From: Camelus dromedarius
Lineage: Eukaryota
NCBI RefSeq assembly: GCF_036321535.1
Contig: NC_087437.1
Coordinates: 27,902,001 to 27,966,000, forward strand
Direction: 5' to 3'
Length of the DNA: 64,000 bases
Shown here: positions 49,801-62,100 of the stretch, in pieces
Layout: each line of letters starts with the position of its first letter
Position numbering within the stretch: the stretch's first letter is position 1
Program-made: the position numbers and the translations under genes
Notes under the pieces: model-generated
What the model saw: the letters and a program-made list of their open reading frames with translations, nothing else
The model's database searches: none
Told to the model about the DNA's origin: nothing

Positions 49801-52800
49801 ATCAAATGAGAAATTTTTGTAAGATGTTGGAAGCTCATAGATTTGGGAGAAAATCGAAATTCTAATCTTCAGTGAAGTCAGCAGCACCAGAGGAGTCAGA
49901 ATCCAAGAATAAATCTCTGCAGAATACCACTGTGGTGATAATTCATCGCTAACTGTTCCCATTCTTTTTGTCTCTGTTTAAGAATCAATTTCCAGGGAGA
50001 GTACACTAAGTCTACCTTAAATTTACTTATATCTTGACTAATGAGTGATTGTTCCCTTGATCAACTTGCCAATCAAAGATTTCAACTAATGAGAGGTGAT
50101 ATTTCCCTAAAGTAAACTAGGAAACTGTTACCGAAAGAAGAGTTTTCATGTCTGCTTAGCTTCTAAAGGCAACAGATATCTACAGCCCAGAATTTTATAT
50201 TCTCTCTCTGATTGAGCTTATTTTCAAGGTTCAAAGATAAGTGTATTTTAGGGGTTGGATGTGGCTATGTGCTTTACAAATTTTGCATACAAATGCTTTA
50301 TATATGTGTGTTTTAAGTTGATATTTCTATAAAGATACATAATTTTTTCCTATGTATGTGTGTTTTTAGTTGAAGTTTTTTTTTAATGGAAGTACTGGGG
50401 ATTGGACCCAGGACCACATGTATGCTAAGCATGCACCCTACCACTGAGCTATTTCCCTGCCCCCTTTAGTTAAAATCTTAATGGTACCTTAAAGCTACTT
50501 AACAGTGTTTATGTGTCAAAATGGCTGCTTTGAGGCTGTACCATGTCAATCAGCATGTCACTTATCATTCATTCATTATTCCCTATGTAACTGTCATTTT
50601 TTAAGTTTAAAGCCCAGCTCTTCCTATCACAGAACCTTTTCTGATTGTGCTAGCTCTTAATAACCTTGCTTTCCTTCTATTTCTTATATGTTGTTTTAAA
50701 AAACATAATTTAGTAATTAATTATATGTAGAGGAGCATATGTAGTACCTGCAACATTAGCCAAGAAAAATGGGTTTACATCTTCCCAACTGCTCGCTGTC
50801 TAACTTTGGTCAGTAACTTCTACTTTCCAGGTCTCTGTATACTCATCATTAAAGCATATGGGTTATATTGTAAAATTTTAAAATTTTGTAAAACCTTGTA
50901 AAATTTTAGCAACCTCAGATGGCTATAATAATAAATTTTTTAGAATGTTCCTTTCCCTCACAAGATTTCAAGATTCCTTTACTGTGAACCATTCAGTGAA
51001 ATGTTACAAAGATTTTAGAAAACTTACCAAAAATACTGAAGAGAGCTTTATTTCAATGGCACAAAATTTTAAAATAATGGGTTTTTTCCCCAAGTGTTTT
51101 TAACAAAAAAGGAACATATTTGTAGTTCAAAAAATGGGAAAAGCTTTATTAGTAATGTGATAACTATATGCTTTCTGAAATTTTAAATAAATTGAATGAC
51201 CAATAAAACAAAATGAAATAGAGAATATGCATATAAAGAAGTATAGAACCTTATTAGATACTTTTTCACATAAAAGTTTACAATTAAGAAATAAGAAGAC
51301 CAATGTAAAATAAGCTGCCAGGAAATTGATGCCATTTAAATAAGATTTTTCTTATTTTAAAACACTGAATACTTGAGGTTTATTTAGAAGCAGGAATAAT
51401 ATCTATGTTAGGATGTACAGAAAGACATCTAGATTGTCATTATATTATTTATTCTTTTTGGTTGCATATTTATATGCATTTGATGTTACTAAAAATTGAA
51501 ATGTTTAATTTTTAATTTTTTTGTTTTGTTTGGACAGGCTATGTTATTCGAAAATATAGGTCTTATGGGATATGAAAAATTGTTTTCCACATTAGTAAAA
51601 CTGGACTACACACAGCCAATTTCAGATGAAAACGTTACAGTGATGGATACAACCTTTACTGATATTCCAGTACGTCTGTACTTGCCAAAGAGGAAGTCAG
51701 AAAGACAGAGGCCAGCTGTAATTTTTATCCATGGTGGTGCCTTTGTTTTGGGAAGCTGTAGTAAGTGCATTTTATATAAGCAAATGTTCATGTGTATATG
51801 TGTTTGTGTGTATTGCATATTATATGTATTTATGTTAAAATATAGTATATATAATTGGTAGAATGTTGGTATTTATGTTTCTTAAGTATGTGTATGTATC
51901 TTAGCAGAGAGATAGATTATTTATTTGAGATAAATATGTATGATTCATACATAAATATTTATTTAAATAAATCATAAAAATATTAGGTGAGATTTTTGAT
52001 TTTTAAAAAGTCTTATTATCAAATAAAGTTACATTGACAGTGTAAATAAAATGGGAGGTTCAAGTAGTAAACTTAAAAGTTAAGTTTAAAATTACCAAAT
52101 GACCTGAATTTAGGTTCAGAAAAACAGAAGTGAATAAGATGATTTAAATGTTGAATTAGAAGTGATATTATTTGCAGCTTCTAAGTTCCATATACATGTT
52201 CATATTGCAGACAGTGAGGCATCAATACTTACCATGTTGAGGCTTAGAATCCAATGCATAAGTTCGAACTTAAAATGAAAAAATAAAATAGAACTATCAG
52301 CTCCTCCCTTAAAGTCTGTTCCCGTGTTATTTTGGAGATCATTCTAAGAAATGCAATGGTGTAGCTAAGATACTTACACACTTACATACATTCACACACA
52401 CACATTCAAACATACACACACACTCACATACACATATACACAATTGACTTTAGACTTCATATTATTGACTCACCACAAAGCACCGAGTACAAGGGATATT
52501 ATAGGTACTCAGATGATGTAAGAAGCAAATGAGGACTCCTTTCCTCAAAGAACCTATAGCTCAAATCATTATATCCAGAATTTTGACTCCATGATCTGTT
52601 AACGTTTCAAAACAACCACAAATGCCACTATAGTCAGCTGAGTGGTCGCCTTTCATTTTGATAGGTAAGCACATTCTTAGGATGGGTGTTATTATCACAA
52701 TTTTAAGGATAAAAAGGTAGATGCAGAATGGTTCAGTAACTTGTTCAAAGTCCTATATTAGTAAGTGGTGGAACGAGTAGCCAAACCTAAGCCTGTCAAC

Positions 52801-55800
52801 AAGATCCACAGGCTTAACCCTCACACCACTGGAGAGCAGTCCTATCCTACTCTCAAGGTGGCTGGAAGACGCTGTTCCTTGTTTGTGTGTAGTTTCTCTC
52901 CTTCACGTCAATGACACTTTCAAACCTTCAGAGCTCTTTCAAGTCTCTCAGCTCATCCTTCCTCAGCTACCAAGGATGTCTGTCCATAATTCAGCACCAC
53001 TTCACTCCTCCCCCACACAGCCCGGCCGCCACCCCTCGCCTGCCTCGTGCGTCCTTAAAAATCCTTAACACTATTTTAATCCTTAATTTTACTTCTTTCT
53101 AATATGTCCTAGAAAAATGCATTTTTGTCTTATGGCAGAGTTCAATCTCTGCTTTGCCTGCGACCGTATTTACTCCTATGGTTTGGTTCTGTCATTATTT
53201 CTCATTCATTCATCTATCTACAAATGTGCCCTCTCTATTGACACCTAAACATGTTACAACTTTTTCAGCCTTGATCTTCCTTGTTCCAAATCACTCTCTC
53301 TAGGTAGTCCTCTTTCTCAGGCTCATTTTTATACACAGTGAAATCTTTTCCCATTTTGAATAATTCTTTAAACTCTGTAACTGGAAAATGACCACTTCCC
53401 TCTGCTTCACTGAAACTCTCTGTTCCCTTGATTTCTTTGAAACAAATTTCTTTCAACTTTCTTTTGCCTCTCCCTCTCACCTTCCTGTGTTTTTCCCTCT
53501 TTACAGCAAAACAATACAAACACAGAAAAACAGGTCTGTCTTTACACTTTATAAGTGTTCATGTTTCACAGTTTTCCTTTCTTTAGTTTTTGACTCTGCA
53601 TGCTCTTTTATTTAGTCCCTTATACTTTTCAACCTTACCCATCCCCCACAACACTCTGCTGCTGACTTCCAAAGCTGTATTTCCAGCTATAGCAATAGTC
53701 CTAAATTACAGATCAATATATACAAATGCAGCATATGCCAGTACATCTGGAGGAACCACAGATAATTCAAGTTTAACATGACCAAATACAACTTATCCCA
53801 TCTACCTTCCAACAGTTTGAGAAAAAAAGAAACCCAAATAAACAATAACAACTTCAACAAAACAAGGAAAGCAAATGCTCCTCATGTGTGTTCTATCAGT
53901 AAATACAGTAAATGTCTCTCAGCATCTGCATTTAATTACCAGTTCTGTCTACCTTTCTAAACATTTTTTTCTTTCTGTCCACATTTAACAAAATTATTTG
54001 CCATTAGATTTCCTTCTGCTTACTAAAAATTGGCACGTGCCATCTGCCTCTACAAGGATTGGATCACGCTGGCACTTGCCATCTAACTCTACTTGGATTA
54101 AATCACCAGCAGCTGCGGCGCCTGATCTCCAGCACTCCCTGAAAGGAGTACAGAGTGGAGGTCAGGAAGGAGGTGTTCTGTGCTATGGGAAAACTGGCTG
54201 AACAGGACTTCAGATGGCTAGATATTTTTAGAAGATTTAATGACCCCAATTCTTGCGTCTCCTCATATCTAGAAAAGCACTAAAATCATTAATGGTGACG
54301 TCTGCTCCTCATGACTAGCAGCAAGCCTCTGCCTAAACGTGTGCTTGACTGCACGTCCCCCTCTTCACTGAAATCATGTATAATACAGAGTTTTCCTCCT
54401 GCCTCTTTGAAACAGTTTCTCAGAGCTTTCTGGGATGCTGTCTCCTTGGCTGTAGTCCTCATTTTGCCCCAAATAAAACTTAGCCCACAACTCTCAACAC
54501 TGTGTGATTTTTATTTCAGTCGACACTTCTATGGCTTTTTCTTTGCTTGTTCACCACCATTTCCTTGTCTATGTCAGCCTTTTTCTGCCCTTTTGTTGTA
54601 TGCAAATCTGGTCATATGACATAACTAAATTCTTTGGTAACCTCTGCCACCTGTTTACAAAGAAATCCCTAGTGTAGTACCTAAGTACTGACACCTGTAT
54701 TCCTATTTTCCTACGTGGTTCCACTTTATACCCTATTCGTCTCTCAATTCTTATTTCAGGTGTATTACATTTCACACCTGTAAGTGGTTTTCCATTGCTC
54801 TTTATTCATAAGGTACACTTTGATATTAACTTTTTCATTTCAGGGCAGTCACCATTGGACCTCCTGAACAGATTGACGGCAAACAAACTTGATGCTGTTG
54901 TTGTGGGAGTGGAGTAAGAGAATGACCTTTTGTATTTTTCGTATTATGATTCTTGCCCTTGTAACACAGAAGTCTGATTTCCAAAGAAGGTGCCCAAGCC
55001 TCCCAGAGGACTGGGATTCTAGAGTTTGGGATTTTTGACATTAGCATCTTTTATTCGTATCATATTATTCACTCCTCCTCAAAGGGGCCTAGCTTCTCTT
55101 TAACCTCAGTCATTATAGAGACCTCTGAGAGGCATCACAGAACATCTTTGGAAACATAGCTGTGGTAATTCTAGGAGAGCCTAGGTGCTCAGTTACCTGT
55201 TACACATTTGGGATGTTGAGTTTTGTTTGAGCTGGTAATAAAAGATTAATTTGATAGATACTTTTAAAAAAAATTGAACTATAGTCAATTTATAATATTG
55301 TGTTAGTTTCAGGGGTACAGCAAAGTGGTTCAGTTATACATAGATATATACATTCCTTTTCAGATTCTTTCTCATTGTAGGTTATTACATGCTATGAATA
55401 TATAGCTGTTCTTAATTGGAGGAACATCAGCTGCAAATGTTGGGACCATCTAAGAATTTTAAGTCATTCTCAAAATGAAAGAACTTACTTGCTCATGATT
55501 TCTGCCCAAATTTCCATCAGTATACCAGAATGGCTAACAAATGGCCAGTACTTTCTGACCTATTCAGGGGTTCTCTGTACTTCATCCGCAGGATGAAGAT
55601 TTTTTTCCCACTTCTCCTATCAGTTATGTAGTACAGAAACGTACTCAGAGACTCCTAGCCCAAAGCTGAAGCAAGAACATTAGTGGAATTTCCTGGTGAG
55701 AACCTAAGAGGAGTAAACAGAACACACAGGTGGAACTAAGTGCTGTCCTCCCCGTTGTTTCTACCGTAGAGCAACCAGAAGACTGTGTGTTTTCAGAGAT

Positions 55801-58800
55801 ATTTCTAATTCATAATAATTAGGATGTTCTCCCTTTCCCTCTATAATATTTTTAACCTAACATACCACTTTGTTATTTTAAATATACTTTTTAAATGGTG
55901 ATATGTGCTGTACCTAGTTTAAGAATTCCATCAGTTACTTATAGTATTTGTTGTTTTTTTCTACTCTGAAGAACATTTAAAGTAACAGTTACATTTTGAT
56001 ATAGTATTTTGTTTAGTTATACTATATTTCAGATATTTTAGATACAGATTATAATATGACAGAATTGCAAGGGCCATCTGGCCAGCATTTAATGGTTAGT
56101 TTTGACCTTATTAATTCACCAATTCTTATGGATAGTGAGATTACTAGTATAGGTAGAAATAAAAAATAAGACAACCCAATAGTGTGCTCCCACATTAGAA
56201 GAAAAAATATAGAGGTATATACATATTATACACATCAATGGATGCTGTAATAATTTGCTTTACAAATGACTTTACAGCTGTTAAGCAATATCACTTACTA
56301 TACTTAAAATATTTGTTTCAAAGCTTCTCTTTTGAATTGTTTTCAGGTCGTATGTAAACTCATCTTTATGTATTCATTCAGGTTATGATATAAAACAGGA
56401 CATGCTATCTTATGGAATTTTTACCTAAATAAATTTCTAATATAAGAAACCTACAAGTCATTTGCTCTCAGATTTGCTGCTTTTAAAATTTCTTGTGCAC
56501 TCCCAACAATAGTTGTGAAAATATCTGTCACTGACTACATTGAGAACCTGATAAATGCTACAGTGCATCTCCCCAACTGATTGCACTTTTGCTGACAAAT
56601 TTACATACAGTTTTACGAAGATGAAGACATAATCCTTATCTTTTGCATCTCCCCATAGAACCCAGTATTTAAAAAACTTTACACCAGAATCTATTTTTTA
56701 TTTTAAAAAGATATGTTAGTAGTAAGTCCAGGTATGATTGGTGAAATTAAAGATTCAAAGTAAGGCCAATTTTGTTCTCTGGACCTGCTGGTTAAATTGA
56801 GAGATAGTTGGATATATGCAACTGAAGTTTAATCATATGTGCTTTGTTGCTTTCTTTCTCTCTCTCTCTTTCTTTTTTTTTTTCCCTGAAGCTACAGACT
56901 AGCTCCTCAATATCAGTTTCCTACTCCCTATGAAGATGTCATTTCTGTGGTCAAATTCTTTCTAGAGGATAAAACTCTTGCAGAATATGGAGTGGATCCC
57001 ACCCGAATCTGTATTTCAGGTGATAGTTCTGGGGGTACACTGGCAGCAGGAGTGGTTCAACAGGTATGTTTTATGTATTATATGTGTTTATAACACATAC
57101 ACACATGCTGTAATTCTAACAGAAAAGAATAATTTTATTTGTTAGAATATTTTTATTGGCCTTATATTTCAAACTGTTCAATGGCAAAAACAAACCAAAA
57201 ACAAACCTCTTCTGTCCTTTTACATAATTTTATCTTTAGACAGAAGTGGTTTTAGAGGCATGGGGAGAAACAAAATATCATGTTAAATAAGGCTCTTATT
57301 TTGCCACCAATTTTGAGAAAAATAGAAGAGTGTCTAGGAGCTACTATTTAACATGACAAGGGATTTGTCGTTCTCCTTGGGTAAAGCATAAAGTCTGCCA
57401 AGTACTTGGGATTACTGGAGTTCATGTTTTCAATCAAGGAGAGTGTCAGCAGATACCGTTCGGGCCATATGTCATGCTTACATGGGGGAATCACTATTGT
57501 AATAAAAAAGAAAAATGGCCTACATTAAAACCCTTGTTGTGTGCAGTTAAATAATAACTGCCCAATTAATTATTATATTTGAAAAATGAACTCAGTCCAA
57601 TAGAAAATTCTTACCCCCCAAACCATTTTTTATGGAGCAAATGTATCATAAGCAGAGGGATACATACCTTTACAACTAGCAGGATCTGCTAACTCATCTT
57701 GTGGGATCACTTCTGCTGCTAGCCTGAGAAGGTACTGGTTGATTCTCTCTGCCTCTTTTTGTTTATGTGGTGACTGCTGTTTCTTCCACCCAGTCTGTGA
57801 GGTGATCCAGTTGGTTTAGCCTGTCTGAGGGCACTGGGGAGTAATCAAGGAGTGGCAGCAGGTATATTGACTTGTCCAGATGTCACTGTTGCAGATGTTG
57901 GTCTGCGGCTCAGGGAATTGCTCCTCAGGGATTTAATCAAAGGTTTTCTCCTGTAGAGTGGAAGTGTAAAAGAAGACGAAAGGGAAATGTATGGCGGCTC
58001 TTTTCACCCCGTACCTTAGATCTTAGGATGCCTCTTATCTCTAGTAAGAAAGAGAAGCTCCAGCTACAACGCTCCATGTCTTTTCTTGCCCTTCGCATTT
58101 TCATAAACTGCTATTACTGTTATATTTCCCATCATATTACACTATTTTCTCCAGAAGGTGAGTTGTATATTAGGAATACTTCCTTTAACTTGGCTCAGTT
58201 CCTGTTGAGTCTAGTTAATATGTGAGTTTGGGCATTGGTATTTTACTATTATACTCATTCTTTCTCCTTACTAACATTACTTTAGTTCAAAAATGATTTA
58301 ATACAGAGAGCTTGTCATCTTCCCTAGGAATCTGGTAACTGTATTTTTATTTGGTGGTCATATGTGAATAAACATGTGTGTGTAGGTATGTGTGAATCAT
58401 TACTGATGAAAAGTAGGATGACACATTTCAATGCCCTTAAAGTACAAATACTGTCAAAATAAACATTAGGTACTATATCATTTTTATAATTATTTACATC
58501 ATAACTGCTGATATGATTATTGGAGTAAAGCCTCCCCCTCTTGCAGTTTGGAAGCCTTTGACTCATTCATACTTTATTATACATTTTTTCAGATACAAAA
58601 TGATCCAGAATTCAAAAATAAATTTAAGGCACAAGCTTTAATTTACCCTGGTTTACAGCTAGTTGATATCTCTATGCCATCTCACCAAGAATATGAGCAT
58701 GGACCAGTTCTATCAAGGAACATGGCAATTGAACTCGGATGCCTCTATTTGACCAACGATAAAGCACTGACCCAGGCAATGAGAAAAAACCAACACATGC

Positions 58801-59195
58801 CTCATGGATCAGGACATCTGTTCAAGTTGGTTAACTGGAGTACCTTCCTTCCTGAGAAATACAGAAAGCAGCATGTATATACTGAACCAGTTTTGGGGAG
58901 ACTTAACACTTCGTTTTCAATACTTTTGGATAATAGGTTATCACCTTTGGCAACCAATGATTCCCAGTTACAAAATTTGCCATTAACTTATGTTGTCACC
59001 TGTCAACATGATATCCTAAGAGATGATGGACTTATATATGTCTCACGACTTCGAAATGCCGGAGTTAAAGTTTCTCATGACCATATGGAGGATGGAGTCC
59101 ATGGAGCTTTATCATTCATGACATTACCAGTTTATTTACGACTAGGTATTAGAATAAAAGATAAGTATATTAATTGGCTAGAAGAAAATCTATAA
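39735..59195 (+). CDS. AADACL2: Arylacetamide deacetylase-like 2 family esterase/lipase, 5 coding exons, 401 aa. The symbol is family-level; this is probably a paralog of AADACL2.
   Basis: Exons of 138, 223, 70, 172 and 603 nt, all with GT-AG introns and compatible phases (0,1,2,0), splice to an open 1206-nt frame. Features: N-terminal hydrophobic anchor, HGGA oxyanion motif (H111), YRLAP, GDSSG nucleophile (S189), HDILRDDG (D341), EDGVHG (H371), C-terminal WLEENL. The exon layout matches the AADAC/AADACL2 family. Confidence 0.93.
40366..42895 (-). mobile_element. L1 with several internal deletions in intron 1
   Basis: 3' end and polyT at 40366; ORF2 C-terminus (ORF 40803..41111); abrupt jump near 41680 to the endonuclease domain (ORF 42177..42638: NIYAP, GDLNT, SDH); then a short CAAGATGG 5' UTR head at about 42810..42890. 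Confidence 0.88.
40845..40872 (+). repeat. (TG)n microsatellite
   Basis: Direct reading of the sequence. Confidence 0.95.
42935..43370. mobile_element. hAT-Charlie DNA transposon remnant
   Basis: TCAAACTTTTGGGTCTCAGGA...CAAAGAGCTTTT start and CATACTTAGAAAACCACTG end, typical of Charlie-family elements. Confidence 0.7.
43790..44630 (-). mobile_element. L1 ORF2 fragment interrupted by a SINE insertion
   Basis: ATCCAGTTTTCCCAGCACCATTT...ATTGAA L1 block resumes after 44102. Confidence 0.75.
43945..44102 (-). mobile_element. tRNA-Ala-derived SINE (Vic-1-like)
   Basis: Minus strand GGGTATAGCTCAAATGGTAGAGTGCATGTTTAGCATGCATGAAGTCCTAGGTTCAATCCCCAGT, with Pol III A and B boxes and an A-rich tail. 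Confidence 0.88.
45370..45600 (-). mobile_element. MIR SINE
   Basis: CCTCATTTTATAGATGAGAAAAATGAGGCACAG core. Confidence 0.75.
45605..48515 (-). mobile_element. Old L1M element (3' UTR and ORF2 fragments)
   Basis: Continuous L1-type blocks; decayed ORFs such as KYLVINITK...YKTLMEEIK and ILIDPEKEF. Confidence 0.85.
48525..49490 (+). mobile_element. L1 ORF2 C-terminal fragment, sense orientation
   Basis: A-rich strand with CAAAACAGTATGGTATTGGCATAAAAACAGAC, TGGGAAAACTGGATA and TGGGACTATATCAAACTAAAAAGCTT. Confidence 0.88.
50377..50464 (-). mobile_element. tRNA-Ala-derived SINE (Vic-1-like)
   Basis: Minus strand ATAGCTCAGTGGTAGGGTGCATGCTTAGCATACATGTGGTCCTGGGTCCAATCCCCAGTAC plus polyA; imperfect TSD TTTAGTTGAAGT/TTTAGTTAAAAT. 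Confidence 0.88.
51538..51760 (+). CDS. AADACL2: AADACL2-like exon 2 (AMLFEN...VRLYLPK...[11 protein letters not shown])
   Basis: T-rich tract plus CAG acceptor ending 51537; donor GTAAGT at 51761; 223 nt; carries the HGG motif. Confidence 0.95.
52660..52830 (-). mobile_element. MIR SINE
   Basis: ATTATCACAATTTTAAGGAT...GGTTCAGTAACTTGTTCAAAGTC...AGTAAGTGGTGGA. Confidence 0.6.
53976..54525 (+). mobile_element. ERV solo LTR in intron 2, sense to the gene
   Basis: TG...CA termini (ends TTTCAGTCGACA), TATA-like TGTATAATA near 54378, AATAAA at 54472, flanks TTTC/CTTC. The 5' boundary is less certain. Confidence 0.75.
54844..54913 (+). CDS. AADACL2: AADACL2-like exon 3 ([24 protein letters not shown])
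   Basis: Not in the ORF track. TTTTTCATTTCAG acceptor, GTAAGA donor at 54914, 70 nt, family LDAVVV motif, and its phases bridge exons 2 and 4. Confidence 0.93.
55262..55400 (-). mobile_element. Short 5'-truncated L1 3' end
   Basis: GTGTTAGTTTCAGGGGTACAGCAAAGTGGTTCAGTTATACATA matches the L1 3' terminus at about 40410. Confidence 0.8.
56892..57063 (+). CDS. AADACL2: AADACL2-like exon 4 ([10 protein letters not shown]...[25 protein letters not shown])
   Basis: Not in the ORF track. Long pyrimidine tract plus AAG acceptor, CAG|GTATGT donor at 57064, 172 nt; catalytic Ser codon AGT at 57025. Confidence 0.95.
58593..59195 (+). CDS. AADACL2: AADACL2-like exon 5 (IQNDPEF...HDILRDDG...EDGVHG...WLEENL*)
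   Basis: TTTTTTCAG acceptor ending 58592; 200 codons plus TAA; holds the catalytic Asp and His. Confidence 0.95.
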   Translation: MQNDPEFKNKFKAQALIYPGLQLVDISMPSHQEYEHGPVLSRNMAIELGCLYLTNDKALTQAMRKNQHMPHGSGHLFKLVNWSTFLPEKYRKQHVYTEPVLGRLNTSFSILLDNRLSPLATNDSQLQNLPLTYVVTCQHDILRDDGLIYVSRLRNAGVKVSHDHMEDGVHGALSFMTLPVYLRLGIRIKDKYINWLEENL

Positions 59196-62100
59196 ATCAT
59201 ACATGCAGCTAGCTAGTCACTTAGTATTGTAGTCCAAAGGTTATTTTGAAATTTGTGAGTTTAAGGGACAGAATAGTGATTTTAGTTTTGGATAAACCTA
59301 AGTTTAAATCAGAGCAAAGGTTACTGTGCATCTTTGAACAAATTAATTTCCCTAATCTTAGATCTTGCTTAAATGAAGAACTTTCACTGTATTAATCCCA
59401 CTAAATTTCACTTATTCTGTTTGATAAATTTTAAATATTCACCAATAATAGTAAAGTATAAAGGGAAGCATGATTATAAGCAAAATAGGCACTATCCTTT
59501 TCAGGCAGTGACAGGAATGGTAATGCTGAGCAAAAATTTTAAGACAGGAAAATTGCAATGGCATTTAGATGGGGCCAGGGAACCCAACTTATAGTCAAGC
59601 CTTTTTTTTCTTTTTTTCAATTTGTGGTCCAAAAATTAATTTTATCCACTCTATGTAAGTTATCACATTTTTCCTCATTCACTTAATATACAAAGTCTTC
59701 TTTCAGACGTATTGGTAGACTTCTTTGCCTGTAGAAGGAAAGACTAACATCTGAACTGCAAATCCTTCCAAAAGCCTAAGTGTTTGACCCTTAATCAAAC
59801 TTTTAGAAATATCAGCCCCGATGGTAGATGAGTTACTGCTTTGATTTCTATGTACTGATTATTTATCCAAGAAGTTCCCTCACCAATTGTACATGGCAGT
59901 GAGAATTATTTATTTTATTACTTTGAATTTCTGGAGTGAATCATTTATCCTCACAAGAGTGACGTAACTAAAAAGATATTTAAGCTGATGGTCTCTGGAT
60001 CTGTTGACTTTCCTATGATGATAGGGCCCACGCTCACATTAGTCCACATGAACCTCATGACTAAAATGTATTCCTGTTAAAGGACATCATAAGCTGTATC
60101 TAACATAAGCCCCTGTGATGTTGCTTTTTTCATGGTGCTGTTTTCCCTGTTCTGTGTATTTCCTAAAGCTGAGTAAATGTGTTGCTATATAAATCTAATT
60201 GTGTTTTGTTAGTTTGATTGATAATCTGATCCCAAAACACATTTTTGGGGTCATTTTGGTAGCTTGATTAGTTGCTTTTGGGTTCTCTGGATACATAATT
60301 TGTTCACTAATCTTTCAGCACATTTCACCACATTAGGCTCTTCTCTGAAATTCAAACACTGAGCTATTACATTCCAAAAGTGTTGATGAATATGTTTTCT
60401 TTGCTATTAGTTGCCCCATTGTATGTAATGTGAGAATATAACGTCCTATTTAACAGTTTTCTAGATTCATTTATAAAAGAGAAAGACATTAGTCAAAGAT
60501 GTCATCTTAAACCAGGCTTGGCAAAAATTTATTTGCATGAATTAATCATTAATCACTCAAATCAAATGAGAAGGCAGTTTATGTTCAAGATTTGTTTTAT
60601 AAACATTATCCACTAAGAAAATTCTTTAAACTAATTGCAGCATTATTGCATATAATTTTTCATTGATTCATTCACAAAACTTTGAAGGATAAAAAATTAG
60701 ATATGAAGGTATTAAATGTTCTTGAATAGAAAGAAACTATTGTAAAAAGTTTATTTTTCCAGATTAATATGTATGTACTGAAATTTATGTTCAATCCATA
60801 GTATTGCTTTTTTGTTTTTGTCGTTTTAGTGTTCAATAAGAGAGTCTTAAAGCTTATAGGGAAAAGTAAATGTTCAAAATAACTCCTCCGAAAAAAACTG
60901 TGGAAGAACAGTGAGAATGGAACTTTATGAGGACTCCAGCATCCAAGATGATTAGAAAAGAACTAAACACATTCAAAAACTAAACTCTTCTGTAACTAGA
61001 TTATATATAAACATGCATGTACCAAATTGTGCATTTTTCTAAATTTGTTTGTGTAAACGCACTGTTACAGTTTTTACATAAGTTGTGTTTGACATTTTCT
61101 ATGTTGGTATAAACAGATGGGCCAGAAAAAGTAGGTCTCTCAAAGACAAAGCACAAGACTGCCATGCATGGCTGAGAAAATTGTGAATTACATTTATGTT
61201 AACATTCAGTGAAATCCCAGGAAGTGTACAGATAGAACAAGCTGTGGTCTATGTGCATTCTTCATATGCCTAGAGATGTAATGTCACTACTTTTACTAGT
61301 TCTTAGCTTTGAGGGAAGCAAATAATATGAACTAACACAATTTTAGAGTCATAAGGGAAATGAAGATGGCTTTGCAGGTGACCTCATGTTCAGCATGAGG
61401 CTAAATGGAAAAGTAAATCTTTATAATACCCACTTCTGGAGCACTGTGAAATCAACCTCCTCCAATTAAACATGTAAGCGAATGTGAAATTTCACACCTT
61501 TCGCTACATTATGCACACTAGTTTTTGGTACATGATTTTATTCAGATATGATTTTGTTCAGATATGCAAAACACAATGATGGACATATATCTGGACATGT
61601 TGATGGAGTGGTTTGTCCCTACAGCTGCAGGATATTCTTGCAACTTCATTTTCTAATAGGATATAGATGCCCCTCACACCATCTCTTGGTCACTATCTTT
61701 ATCAATGACTATCTTCCACGACCAGGATTTGGCATTCTGTACAATGTTGCCCAGTTTTGAAACAGTGTTATCCAAATTACCCAATATTATTATAAAATTA
61801 TAGGTATAACTTTGATAGTTTCTCACAAATTGGGTTTGACTACATGTTAACATATAACAGCTGCTGAGTAATAAATTTCTGAAACTAATGCTTTTTAGAA
61901 TTGTTCTACACTACAAAGTCACATAATCAAATCAGTTTTGGTTCAGTCTGGAATTGACAATGGTAAGCAGTGAAACTAGAGAATACAGAACTTCAGTCTT
62001 CATGGTGAATTGTTAAAGGCATTGTGTAGGCATTAAATTTCTATGCAGAAGAAATAAAAGTGGAACCCAATTTTATATGATAAATGAACAGTAAGTTCTA

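Noticed and set aside
57840..57950. Faint resemblance of a minus-strand translation (KSLRSNSL...AAT) to the parvovirus VP1 PLA2 motif next to a 64-nt intron-like segment
   Set aside because: The key YLGPG and HD residues are not present in frame and there is no NS or capsid similarity nearby; judged to be chance.
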